NCBI RefSeq assembly: GCF_001194135.2
Contig: NC_069000.1
Coordinates: 29,922,869-29,986,868 of the forward strand
From: Octopus bimaculoides
Lineage: Eukaryota
DNA length: 64,000 nt
Reading direction: 5' to 3'
Made by a program: the position numbers and the translations under genes. Positions 24,770 to 37,591 of the stretch are shown one piece after another; the stretch's first letter is position 1; each line of letters begins with the position of its first letter. The notes under the pieces were generated by a model, which saw only the letters and a list, made by a program, of their open reading frames with translations, made no database searches and had not been told where the DNA came from.

Positions 24770-25700
24770 CTCTTAACATTGGCATGAGGCCACAGAATTT
24801 AAGGGCAAGGAGTTATAATTGATCTCCCTCCCACCCACTCACTCAACACTTGATGAGTATTTTATTTTATCAACCCCTTTCACTCTAGAGGTATGGAAAG
24901 CAAAATCAACCTTGTTGAAATTTGAACTCAGAACACAGCGGTGTCAATAAATACACAAGGCATTTTACCTACCAGTCTACATGTTCTGCCATCCCGCCAC
25001 AATTATTATGATGATTTCTAATTATAATCACTATGCCACAAATTTTGAGAGAGAGGCATTGTTGATGACAGCAACGCCAGTATTTCACTGGTATTTTATT
25101 TTATCAACCCCAAGGAGGATGAAAAACAAAGCTGACCTTGGTGAGATTTCAACTCAGGGTGTAAACAATTATTGTAAAGCATTTGCTCGTTGTTTTACCA
25201 AATATGCAATTCTATCACCTTTATGATGATAATAATAATAATCTTTTCTACTCTAAGTACAAGGCCCAAAATTTGGGAGGAAGGGGCCAGTTAATTAGAT
25301 TGACTCCAGTATACAACTGGTACTTAATTTCTCGACCCTGAAAAGATGCGAGGCAAAATCGACCTTGGCAGAATTTGAATTCAGAACGTAAAGACAGACG
25401 AAATGCCACTAAACATTTTGCCCGGCATGCTAACGTTTCTGCCAGCTCACCACCTTAATAATAATTATAATGATAATGGTTTCAAATTTTAACACAAGGC
25501 CAGCAGGTTTGGGGGAGGGGCTAAGTCGATTAACTCAACCCTAGTGTTCTACTGATACTTATTTCATTGACCCTGAAAGGATGAAAGTAAAGCTGGCCTT
25601 GGCAGAATTGGAACTCAGAACATAAAGACAAATGAAATGCTGCTAAGCAATTTGTAAATGCAAGTTAACAATTGTGCAAGCTCATCATCTCATAATGATA
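24770..25700 (-). mobile_element. Array of 4 family B SINEs
   Basis: Units near 24770, 25020, 25250 and 25480, each ending at gcctt or caccttaataat. Confidence 0.8.
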
Positions 25701-25829
25701 ATGTCTTCTTTAATAACTACAAAAAGTTAATATAATAATAATAATAATAATAATAATACCTTACCCAAGATGCCACAATGGAATTGAACCCAAGATCACT
25801 TGGTTTTGAAGTGAACTTCTTGAAAACCA

Positions 25830-26445
25830 TTCAGAGTTCAAATCATACACATGTTGATTACCCAACAAGGTGAAAATTTCTAAAATAGTCAAATAAAGTA
25901 CCAGTCAAGTTCTGGGATTGATGTACTCAGTTAACCAACCCTTCAAACTCTTTATGTTCTGCGTTCAAATCTCACTGAAGTCAACTTTGCCTTTCATCCC
26001 ACCATGGCCAATAAAATAAAGAACCAATCAATTATTGGGGGTCAATGTCAATGATTAGCTCCAACCCACAAATTTCTGGCCTTGTGTTTGTGTCTCCACT
26101 ATTGGGGACTTTTTCCTTGTCATTTCTATGGGTTTTTAACTTTTTAATTTTATGTAACCCCACACTGTGCTATATTCCATCACTTTGTTGCCTCCAGTGT
26201 CTTAGCCCTTTTAACCTGTAAAGAAATTGTCTTAATAGTCGGTGGAATCATGAGTGTATCAGTGAAAATGCCTTGCAACATTTTTTCTGGCCCTTTATGC
26301 ATTGAATTCAAATTCCACTGAGGTCATCCTTTTCGGGTTGATAAGATAAAGTACCAGTTAAATATTAGGGTAGTGAGGTTGAGGCAATTGACTTTCCCCT
26401 GCTCTCAAAATTGCTGGCCTTGTGCCAAATGTTAGAACAAAATAT
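25830..26445 (+). mobile_element. Degenerate family B SINEs, + orientation
   Basis: gagttcaaatc; gtcaactttgcctttcatcc; aataaagtaccag; ctggccttgtgccaaat. Confidence 0.65.
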
Positions 26446-26733
26446 TATTATTAGCTTGCAGTTTCTGAAATAAAAGAGAGCCCAGATGAATGTCAGGTGT
26501 GAAAAGGTAAGACAAAGTTTATAGTACAGAATTAATTACAAAGAGGTAGTGGGGTAGGTAGGGGCTGACAACACAAACAAATACCCTGCTCATGTTATCT
26601 TGTCCACCATAGACCCAAGCACCACAGCCACAGCATGGTAATGGGGTGAGAGGCAGGAAGATTGCAAAGGTGATGCCTCAAAAAGGGAAGAACATAGTTA
26701 TGCATGCATATACATACATACATACATACATAC

Positions 26734-26768
<35 letters not shown>

Positions 26769-27519
26769 GCACACACACACACACACACACAAGTGGGTTT
26801 GTGCTTTTGGATCTTAAATTAGGGCTTATAAGATTTTATATATATAATTTTCAAACAGCTGTTGTTGATAAAAAGGATAGAGAGAGAGGAATATATGGGT
26901 AGTAGCTGCACTGCCAGAATCCACAAGGTGTAGGCACCATACCCCAACAGGGTGAGGTGCCTACAATTCAGTACATTCAGGTTGTAGCCTTAATTTTCAA
27001 CACTTGCTCTTGTCGCTAATACCACCAAAAATGGTACTTTCTGACAGTACCCTGATTGTACTTCCACCCTGTCATGTTAACACTTAACTGCATAATTTGG
27101 ACAAATGAGTAGAAAAGAATAAGTTAGTGTGTGTGTTATTTAGTTTCAGGTTAGGTCTCATTGAACAGGCATGAAACAAAGACATTCATTGCAACTGTGA
27201 TAAATTTTTTTTCATATATCGCCCCATGTCTGCTTTAAAAAATTTCAAATAGAAGGTTGTGGTTTCATGGTGCTTTAGCTGCTATTTCTAGCAAGTCAAA
27301 TGACTACACAGAGACTTTCTAGTGGGCTCAAGCATGTGTGTGTGAACTTTTGAGCAAAGAGAAAATCCATTAATGCAGTATAGTGTAGAAGAATTGACAG
27401 AATTGCTAGAGTCAGAAAGCTTTGCAGTATTTATTGGGACTCTTGGCATTCTAAATTCAGATTCTTCCTTGTAATTCATATCTCATTGAAAGCCAGGAAC
27501 AATCACCAGAGTACAGGAT

Positions 27520-27745
27520 TATCATATCATTCAATGTCCATTTTCCATGCTAGCATGGGATGGATGGCTTGACAGGAACTGGCAAGGTCAGGAAGCCATG
27601 CCTGGTTCTATAGTCTGTTTTGGCCTGGTTTCTACGGCTAATACACTTCCTAACACTAACCACTTTACAGGGTGTACTGGGTGCTTTTTGCATGGCACCA
27701 GCATCAGTGCTTTTTATATGGCACTAGCACCCACACCAATGCTTT
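27520..27745 (-). mobile_element. Family C RTE-tail repeat
   Basis: caatgtccattttccatgctagcatggg...cttcctaacactaaccactttacag. Confidence 0.75.
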
Positions 27746-27869
27746 TTATATGGCCCTTTGGTTTTAGGATCTCAATTCTTGAGTATAGCAATGGACTACT
27801 ACAAAAGCTGCTATGGGGGACAGAAGACAGAAGCTGATTACTGCTGCAGTCAAACTATAAGAATATTCA

Positions 27870-29480
27870 TCATCACCATCATCATCATCGTTTAACGTCC
27901 GCTTTCCATGCTGGCATTGGTTGGACGATTTGACTAAGGACTGGCAAACCAGATGGCTGCACCAAGCTCCAATCTGATCTGGTAGAGTTTCTACAGCTGG
28001 ATGCCCTTCCTAACGCCAACCATTCCAAGAGTGTAGTGGGTTCTTTTACGTGTCACCAGCATGAGGGCCAGTCAGGTGGTACTGGTAACGGCCACACTCA
28101 AATGGTGTTTTTTACGTGCCACCTGCACAGGAGCCAGTCCAGCAGCACTGGCAACGAACCTCACTCAAATATTTTTTAACATGCCAGTAAGGCGATGCTG
28201 GTAACGATCACACTCGAATGGTGCTTTTTATGTGCCACCAGCATGGAAGCCAGTCAGCTGCCCTGGCAACAATTACACTCAGATGGTGCTCTTAATGCTC
28301 CACTAGCATGGATGCCAGTCATCGAATTTGATTTCGATTTCACTTACCTCAACAGGTCTTTGCAAGCAGAGTTTAGCGTTCAGTGAAGGAAAGGTACGCA
28401 TAAGTGACCTATGCCATAACCCTTGGCATAGGCCATGGGTTCACTTGGCTTGCTGGGTCTTCTCAAGCACAGCATATTTCCAAAGGTCTTGGTCACTAGT
28501 CATTGCCTCGGTGAGGCCTAATGTTCAAAGGTTGTGCTTCACCACCTCATCCCAGGTCTTCCTGGGTCTACCTCTTCCACAGGTTCCCTCAACATCTAGG
28601 GTGTGGCACTTTTTCACACAGCTATCCTCATCCATTCTTGCCACATGACCATACCAGCGTAGTCGTCTCTCTTGCACACCACATCTGATCCTTCTTAGGT
28701 CCAACTTTTCTCTCAAGGTACTTACACTCTGTTGAGTATGCACACTGACATTACACATCCAGCGGAGCATACTGGCTTCATTCCTTGCGAGCTTACGCAG
28801 TCAAGGCCCATGTTTCACTGCCATGTAGCATGGCTGTTCGTACACATGAGTCATACAGTCTACCTTTTACTCTTAGCGAGAGGCCCTTTGTCGCCAGCAG
28901 AGGTAACAGCTCTCTGAACCTTGCCCAGGCTATTCTTATTCTAGCAGCTACACTTTCAGTGCACCCTCCCCCATTACTGACTTGGTCACCTAGGTAATGG
29001 AAGCTATCAACTACTTCTAGTTTTTCTCTCTGGAATGTGACAGAAGCTGTTTTCTGCACATTTTCAGTGTTTATTGCTCCTGAGCATCTGCTACATACAA
29101 ATACTATCTTCTCAGTTAGCCTTCCTTTGATATTGCTGTACCTCTTATGTGTCCATGGCTTACACTGGGTACATTTTATAGAGTTTCTACCTATGCCTTT
29201 TCTACAGATTGAGCAGGGCCATCTACCTGAAGGGATTTGTGGTTTGTCTGACTTCCTACCTATTAGGACTTTGGTTTTAGCTAGGTTGATTCTAAGGCCC
29301 TTCAATTCTAATCCTTGCTTCCACACCTAAAACTTCTCCTCTCGTTCTGATAGTGAATCAGCAATTAGTGCAAGGTCGTCAGCATAGAGGAGCTTCCAGG
29401 GGCATCCTGTCTTGAATTCCTCTGCTATTGCCTGGAGGACTATGATAAATAGGAGGGGGCTGAGGATTGAACGTTGGAAG
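27870..29480 (-). mobile_element. 5'-truncated RTE-clade LINE (RT C-terminus + 3' UTR + (GAT)n tail)
   Basis: SILSPLLFIIVL, LLYADDLALIADS, INLAKTKV, YLGD, RIRIAWARFREL, MLHGSETW, RRLRWYGHVARM, GRGRPRKTW; few frameshifts; tail on + strand catcatcatcgtttaacgtccgc. Confidence 0.95.
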
Positions 29481-29710
29481 TTTAGGATAATGTAGTGCAT
29501 AGTACAATGTAGTGTAGTGTAGTGAATGTAGTTGTTGTTTAGTCTGGCTACCATTGCTATCAAATTGAGTAACCACATAGAGGCTTCAAACGGACTGAGT
29601 AGATTTGATGAAAGGCATTAATCCTGACCATCTCTTTATTTTTCTGAGCTGTTAGTTGTGAAGAGGGAAATTTGGCTACTGTTTCTAGCAGATCATGTGA
29701 CCATGTAAAT

Positions 29711-29960
29711 CAGTGGTTCTCAACTGGGGTCCACATGGTCCTTGGGAGTCTATATAAGATTTTGTTAAAATTTATTTGCAATAAATTGGTTATACTTCTA
29801 CAATACACAAAATATTCCAACAATTTTTTTAGTACAATTCCTATTGTATATTTATAATTATATTTATGATTATAAATATACAATGGGATCTTTTTAAAAC
29901 TTTGGGAGTCTAGTAGAGTAAAATAGGAATTAAAGGGACCTGCAAGCAAAAAATGTAAAT
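29711..29960. mobile_element. hAT-like MITE (same family as 5573 and 52155)
   Basis: cagtggttctcaactggggtccacatgg... Confidence 0.7.
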
Positions 29961-30289
29961 GATCTTGTAAATGATCTGACGTAAATGTTCTTGTGTTAAC
30001 TTAAGGGAATATAATGAAACACAGTGTTAAGTTTAGTGATAGTGCAGGGCTGCCATACATTGCAATATACAGATTGGAGATTGCTGCACATTAAAANNNN
30101 NNNNNNNNNNNNNNNNNNNNNNNNNNNNNNNNNNNNNNNNNNNNNNNNNNNNNNNNNNNNNNNNNNNNNNNNNNNNNNNNNNNNNNNNNNNNNNNNNNNN
30201 NNNNNNNNNNNNNNNNNNNNNNNNNNNNNNNNNNNNNNNNNNNNNNNNNNNNNNNNNNNNNNNNNNNNNNNNNNNNNNNNNNNNNNNNN

Positions 30290-30320
<31 letters not shown>

Positions 30321-30751
30321 CGTATACATATATATACGATGGGCTTCTTTCAGTTTCCGTCTACCAAATCCACTCACAAGGCTTTGGTTGGCCCAAGGCT
30401 ATATAGTAGAAGACACTTGCCCAAGGTGCCATGCAGTGGGACTGAACCTGGAACCATGTGGTTTGTAAGCAAGCTACTTACCATATAACCACTCCTACGC
30501 CTATATTTATAATTATATTTATGATTATAAATATACAATGGGATCTTTTTAAAACTTTGGGAGTCTAGTAGAGTAAAATAGGAATTAAAGGGACCTGCAA
30601 GCAAAAAATGTAAATGATCTTGTAAATGATCTGACGTAAATGTTCTTGTGTTAACTTAAGGGAATATAATGAAACACAGTGTTAAGTTTAGTGATAGTGC
30701 AGGGCTGCCATACATTGCAATATACAGATTGGAGATTGCTGCACATTAAAA
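29847..30751. repeat. Identical 250-bp direct duplication (29847-30096 = 30502-30751) flanking a gap and a SINE
   Basis: Read by eye as identical from tatatttataattat to gcacattaaaa. Confidence 0.9.
30290..30501 (-). mobile_element. SINE family A, 5' half
   Basis: Head aggcgtaggagtgg at 30501; low divergence. Confidence 0.9.
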
Positions 30752-31289
30752 GATGGAATTAAAATACACACCTCCTCCTATATTCCAAAAGAGATTTTAA
30801 AAGACAGTCCTCAATTTTTGATTCAGTGGTGTGAAGTGGGTGAGAGACAAACGCCTGTTTCTGGGTAGGATGCTAGTCTATCATGGGAGGCATTCCTTAC
30901 TGATCTATTTGCAGCTAATGTAGGTTTTAGTATTTTACCAAGAAGCACAACACAAGGCTTGATGTGAGCCATCTTACCTCTAAATCCATGTCAATCTCAC
31001 CAGTCACAGAGAGTCTGTAAAGATCGTGGATACACCCCTTCTTCCAGACCAACCAACACACCAGGACTTATGAAAATATATATATATATATGACAAACAG
31101 AAAATAGCACTACTAGGCACACCACACATCCTATATAAAGCACTTTCATTGCAGTGAAAATAGCAGCACCCAAAACAAACTACAGCACATACTCAAGGCA
31201 CACAGAGCTGCACTTAGTTGTGCAGTGAAAGCATGTGATAAAAATAAGACTACTGAATAATAATGATGATGATGATGATGATGATGATG

Positions 31290-31510
31290 ATAATCCTTTC
31301 TACTATAGGCACAAGGCCAGTAATTTTGGGGAAGGATGCTAGTTGATTACATCGACCCCAGTGTTCAACTGGTACTTAATTTATTGAGCCCCGAAAGGAT
31401 GAAAAGCAAAGTTGACCTTGGTGGAATTTGAACCTAGAATGTGCAGACAGATGAAATGCTGCTAAGCATTTTGCTTGGCATGCTAACAATTCTGCCATCT
31501 CGCTGCCTAT
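31290..31510 (-). mobile_element. SINE family B
   Basis: taggcacaaggccag...gctgcct. Confidence 0.85.
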
Positions 31511-31524
31511 TAATCAAAGGATGG

Positions 31525-31710
31525 CTGTGTGAAGGCGTAGTCTGATGGGTGTGTATGGGTATGGTCTGATAGTTAAAGTAGGTGTGGTCTGATGGCTAGT
31601 TGTGGGTATTATCTGCTTATGTGGGTATGGTTTGATGGCTCAATGTGGGATGATGGGATGATCTGATGACTAGTGTAGAAGGTATTGTCTATTGACTGTA
31701 TGTAGGTATA
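31525..31710. repeat. Degenerate minisatellite (~24-bp unit tgtgggtatggtctgatggctag)
   Basis: Recurrent gggtatggtctgat/gtggtctgatgg motif, about 7 copies. Confidence 0.55.
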
Positions 31711-31799
31711 TCCTGTTGGCGTCATGTGCACATGATTTCATGGCTTTATGCACAGTCAAAACCCCCTAAACTTCAATTCTGTGAGAGCTGACTAGAGAT

Positions 31800-32012
31800 C
31801 AAACCCTTTAGCATTCAGATTATTTTGTCAAATGTAATGCTTATTTATTCACATTGCTTTGAATTAATCATGAATTGTACCATGAAAATTTTGATGATGA
31901 TATGATTATTTTTAGAACGACATTGTAGGGTAGGTGTAAAAGGCAAGATCTTACCATAAAGCAGGTAGAATATTTTGGCTGGATACAGCTGGTTTGAATG
32001 CTAAAGGGTTAA
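31800..32012. mobile_element. M1 TTAA-type MITE
   Basis: aacccctttagcattcaga ... aatgctaaagggttaa. Confidence 0.85.
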
Positions 32013-32144
32013 ATCTGAAAAGCTTGTTTCCAGGGCATCTGTGTAGTGTTAAGGTCTCACCAGAATTTTTTCACAGAACCCTGGCTCCCCATGGGTAAGA
32101 GCTGATGAATGTTTGTGGGTAAGGACTGAGACAGTCATTTAAGA

Positions 32145-32340
32145 TATTGGCTTCAAATTTTTGTACAAGGCCAGCAAGTTTAGGGAAGGGGTTAAGTTAA
32201 TTCCATCGACCCCAGTACTCAACTGGTACTTATTTTATTGACCTCAGTGGAATTTGAACTCAGAATGCAAAAATGGATGAAATGCTGTTGAGCATTTTGC
32301 CAAGTGTGCTCATGATTCTGCCAACTTGCCACCTTGACTG
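32145..32340 (-). mobile_element. SINE family B
   Basis: ttcaaatttttgtacaaggccagc...ttgccacctt. Confidence 0.8.
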
Positions 32341-32396
32341 TCATTTAAGATATTGATCATCGAAAGGGGTGAAAAAAAATCCTTTATGTTCTAGAG

Positions 32397-32664
32397 CAGT
32401 AGTTCCTAAACATTTTTTTGTCTCAGAATCCATCTATACATTTTATCTGCAACTCCTACCACCATAATTTTAATAAGACATTAAATGAAACAAAAATTAT
32501 TTTAGAATGAGAATTTATTAATATCAAGAAAAAAAAAAATCTTTTAGTGAACAGCATTTTTTTTTTTTAATATTGTTTTTATCAAACAACATCTTATCTC
32601 ATGAAACATCAGAATTTTTTCACAGAACCCTGGAGTTGTTTGGAACCTACTTTGGGAAATTCTG
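32397..32664. mobile_element. hAT-like MITE
   Basis: cagtagttcctaaa ... tttgggaaattctg termini. Confidence 0.5.
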
Positions 32665-33479
32665 TTGTTGCCAACACCACTATTACCAACACCCAGTGCT
32701 AGAACCCTACTGAGTAAATAGTATGACTCATGATTAAGTAATATCACAGTCACTACCAACAACACTATAAACATTAGTACCAACACCACACAACCAGCCA
32801 TTGACATCAATCATGACTATAGTCACCAGTAACACACCACCCATCACTACCACCACCTCCATCATGACCAACCACCACAACATATGACCAAACATCACTT
32901 ACATCACCCATCATTATCATCATCACTAACAGTTCAATCCAGAAGCACCTACAAGTAGCCTATTTCTATACAGCAAGAACTCATAAACCATGAAAAGTTG
33001 TAGAAAAAAAACACAAAAAAACTGGGGCATCAGCAACCATGATAACTTAGTAGTGACAGCAGCAGTGGTGGGAATAACGCAGCCATACTATGTCTGGATA
33101 TTAGATACCACCAACCTCTCTCTTTCTCTCTCAAGATACATACATGTATGCGTGTGTGTGTGTGTCAGTATAAATCTATATCTCTCTCTACATAAAATGA
33201 AATCTTGCTTGCACGCATGTGATGCAAAAGTTACATCTATTTCTGAGGTGTTTTGATAAATATATTTTTGGACATCTAAAAAGGTAAAAAAAAAAAACAC
33301 TTAGATTACGACAATGATAATAAAGATGATGATAAAGTTGAAGATGATACAATACAGAATACACATGGACATAATAAATGAAATATATAAAAAAATAAAT
33401 AACGGTTAGTTTAAAAAAAAAAGAGTATGGGACACACCCATGAGCAATAACAACAACAATACTGACAACGAAGACAAAG

Positions 33480-34129
33480 ATTTCTAATCTTGGCACAAGG
33501 CCATACAGTTGGGGGTGGAGATAGATGAAGGTGTATCACAGTTGATGAATCAACTCAGTATATTTCGGGTGTTGCATTATCAACCATGAATACGGTGAGG
33601 CTGACACGATGGAATTTAAATTTAGAAAGCAAAAGGACATAAGACTGCAAGTTATTTAATGTATTAATTAACAGTCTACCATCAACTGCCCTTTTGGTTT
33701 CAAACTTATCAACAGAAACACAATTTTGGGAGAGGAAACAGTTGATTAAATCTATCCCAATACTTTGGTACCTATTTTATCTACTCTGGTCCTTATTTAT
33801 CTTCTCAGTTTCATGAGGATGAAAGGCAAACTTGACCAAGTTGACTGCAAAATCTAACTTAACACTACAAGGCATTTAATTTGTATTTCCACTAACTTTG
33901 CTAGCCACTTTACAATAATAATTCTTTCTAATTTTGGTACAAGGCCAGCAATTTTAGGGGAGGAGTAAGTCAATTATATCAACCCCAGTTCTTCCTTGAT
34001 TGGTATCTACTTTATTGACCCTAAGAGGACAGGCAAAGTTGAACTTGGCAAAATCTGAACTCAAGAGCCAGAAGGATATGGTGCTAACCATTTTATTCGA
34101 CGTGCTAACAATTCTGCCAACTCACTGCT

Positions 34130-34164
<35 letters not shown>

Positions 34165-34690
34165 CCTTTCTATTATAGGCACAAGGCCTGAAATTTTGGG
34201 GGATTAGTTGATTACATTTACCCCAGTGCTTGACTGGTACTTACTTTATTGACCCTGAAGGATGAAAGTCAAAGTTGACCGTGGCAGAATTTGAACTCAT
34301 AACATAAAGACGGATGAAATGCTGCTTAACATTTTGTCCAGCATGCTAATGATTCTACCAGCTCACCGCCTTTAATAATTCCTTCTAAATTTGGCACAAG
34401 ACCTGAAATTCTGAGGGGAGGGTGAAGTTGATTATATTGACCCCAGTGTTCAACTGGTACTTATTTTATTGACCCTGAAAAGATGAAAGGCAAAGTCAAC
34501 CTCGGTGGAATTTGAACTCAGAACAAAGAACCAGAAGAAATGCTACTGAGAATGTGGTCCAACACACTAATGATACTGCAAGTAATGACAATAATTTCTA
34601 ATATAGGCACAGGCAGAAATTTGAGGGGAGGAAATCAGTTAATTACATTGACACCAGTACTTGACAAGTGTTTTTATTTTACTGATTCTT
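33480..34690 (-). mobile_element. Head-to-tail array of ~6 family B SINEs
   Basis: Units begin near 33480, 33710, 33925, 34160, 34385 and 34595. Confidence 0.85.
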
Positions 34691-35844
34691 GAAAGAGTCC
34701 AGAAAATAAATCTTCAATCCAGAACCATTCTTTTCTTCTAAAGCGATGAAATGGCAGGATTGCCTTCTTTTCCAGAAAAGCTTGTTCCATCTCCATTGAA
34801 CACCGGTTGGGAAGGGTAGTTGCTACACTGTGATATTCTGAAGAACCTAGTGAAATTCCTTAGTTACATCGGTGTCTACACTTGCACCTTCAGACATACA
34901 GATGTTATATGGGTTTTGTTGCTAACACCTTAAAAAACCTTAGGCAGTTAGAGGTGCAGGCTGTTTTCCTCCTATGATGGGTATAAAATGGTGCAAACAA
35001 TTTGGATGTATGTAGGAGTAATCATGAATCATAATTTCTTATGTTCTTCAATTTAATTTTGTAGGAAAAACACCCTTTTTTTTTTTTTTGCAAAGGAAGT
35101 GCTTTCATCTTCACTTTCAAGGGGCAGCAGAGAGTAAGACAGTGAGAAAAATATTCCATTTCTTTTCTTTATCACTTTTGCTATCTTTAGTTATATTTTT
35201 ACACTTATGTACAATACAAGCAAAGGATGAGAGAAGAAGAAAGACAAGGAATAAGAGAAAGTTTAAGACAAAACTAACAGATAAGAAGAATTAATGTGAC
35301 TGAGCACAAATATCCAAGATGCCTATGAAAGCAAAGGGAATATCAACAGATACGAAAAGAGAATGTAGATGATGAACGATGAGCTGATGGTAAGTGACAA
35401 CAAGTGAGAAAGAGCACAGAATGACAGTAAAACATGAATGAAAAACATTTAATTTGAGAAATGTTCAAATAAGACAGCATAAAAGATAGCTTGGTGTTCC
35501 AAGACATAACAAAAGAATAAGTTTGTTTTTTTCTTTAATTACCACAAGCTTATAATAAATATCACTAGCATAACAAAATAGTTTTATGGAGATATATAGA
35601 ATTTATGTCTCAAAATAATAGTAAATAAATTTATAAAACAGAATTTCCATGGGTCCTGTGTGTTGTTATAATGTAGTATTATCCTATGGGAAACATTGTC
35701 TCCAAGAAAAATAGGAATCAGTGCTAAATGAGAGAACTCTAAGAGGGGGTATTATCGTACAGCAAAGCATTTATGTCTGACAATCAAATGATTCTGCCAA
35801 TATAATACAATAATAATAATAATAATAATATTAATGATAATAGT

Positions 35845-36900
35845 AATGGTTTCAAATTTTGGTACAAGACCAGCAGTCTTTTGAGGGAAGGGGGAAGTCA
35901 ATTACATTGACCCCCATACTTGGCTGGTATGCTATTATAGTGACCCCAAAAGGTTGAAAGGCAGTGTTGATCTCAGCAGAATTAGAACACAGAACATAAA
36001 AATGGCCAAAATGCCTCTAAGCATTTCATCCAGTGTGCAAACAATTCTGCCAGCTCCCTACCTTAATAATAATAATTATAATCAGAAGAAAAAAATGAAG
36101 GAGATGAAGAATAGTTTCAAATTTTGGCACAAGACCAGGAATATAGTGGGATGGGATAAGTCAATTATATCGACCCCAGAGTTCAACTGGTACATATTTT
36201 ATCAATCTTGCAAGGATGGAAGGCAAAGTCAATCTTGGAAGAATTTGGACTCAGAATGCCAAGACGGACAAAATGCCACTAAGCATTTTATCTGGTGTGC
36301 TAACAACTCTGCCAGCTCACTGCCGTATATAATAATAATAATTCTTTCTACTATAAGCACAAGGCCTGAAATTTTTGGGAAGAGTGTTGCTAGTTGATTA
36401 CATCAACCCCAATGCTTAACTGGTATTTATTTTATTGATCTAAAAGAATGAAAGGCAAAGTTGTCCTTGGCAGAATTTGAACTCAGAATGTAAAGACAAA
36501 TGAAGTGTAGCTAAGTGTTTTGTCTGGTGTGCTAACAATTCTGCCAGCTTGTCACCTTTAATAATTATAATAATAATGATTTAAAATTTTGCCACAAGGG
36601 CAGCAATTTTGCAGGAGGGGATGAGTCAATAACATCAACCCTTGAGTTCAACTGGTACATATTTTATCAACCCCAATGTAGCAATTGGTGAAATACTGCT
36701 AAGCATTCTGTCCAGCGTGCTAACAATTCTGCCAAATTGCTGCCTTAATAATAATAATAATAATAATGATAATATTGGTACATGGCTAGCAAGTTTGGGA
36801 GATGGGGTAAGTTGATTATATTGACCCCAGTGTTTAACTGGTCCTTGGATGAAATGTTGCTAAGCATTTTGCCTGATGTGCTAACAATTTTGCTTCTGAT
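35845..36900 (-). mobile_element. Head-to-tail array of ~5 family B SINEs
   Basis: Units begin near 35845, 36110, 36345, 36575 and 36770, separated by (AAT)n. Confidence 0.85.
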
Positions 36901-37553
36901 TAAAGGATGAGGTAATTTTGAAGGGAGAAGTTAGTCCCTACACTCTCATATATCATTGTTAAACATGAACATTTTTAGTCGTGTTTTCTAAGATGTGTCT
37001 AATTCTTTTTGATGTTAAAAAAAGGAAACTTCTTAATGTATTTCTGAAACCAAGAATAATAAAAGATAGTGAAAATAATTTCTAACCCAAATACTTCTTA
37101 TTGCTATTTTACTGGGGACTGTATATTTTCCAAAGTGATGCTAGTGTTGCAGATTATAAAAAGTAATAACAACATTGGATGTGAGATAACATTTGTTCCC
37201 CACATGCCACATCTTACACTTACAACAATTCTGATGGTGGTGGTGGTGGTAATGATGACAGAGATGGTGCTAGCATGGCAGGGATCTTTGGGTCAATGGA
37301 AGGGGTTACGAAAAATTGTTGGAGTAGCAGAAATTATCTTGTAAAAGATGACTTGCTTGAAGATATTCTGGTTGTGTGTGTGTATGTGTAGAGATAAAGT
37401 ATCATCCTCACTTCACTCTCCCTCATCCAATGAGGTTGGATTAAAGGTTTAAAGCACATTTGGATATACTTACACACTGATAAGGAAAGAGGATGTTAAA
37501 TAACTATGCACTTGCTGTGTTTATTTATTAACTGTGAGAGAGTGTGTATGTAA

Positions 37554-37591
<38 letters not shown>

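Noticed and set aside
30978-31014. 37-nt minus candidate exon LSVTGEIDMDLE with good splice sites
   Set aside because: No homology to the expected exon, and it abuts a decayed SINE; unsupported.
34700-34860. Complex-looking segment with short open frames on both strands
   Set aside because: Weak or missing donors and no recognisable protein.
33480-36900. Regular repeat/spacer-like periodicity suggestive of CRISPR
   Set aside because: Units are ~210-bp eukaryotic SINEs with microsatellite linkers; no cas genes and no short constant repeat.
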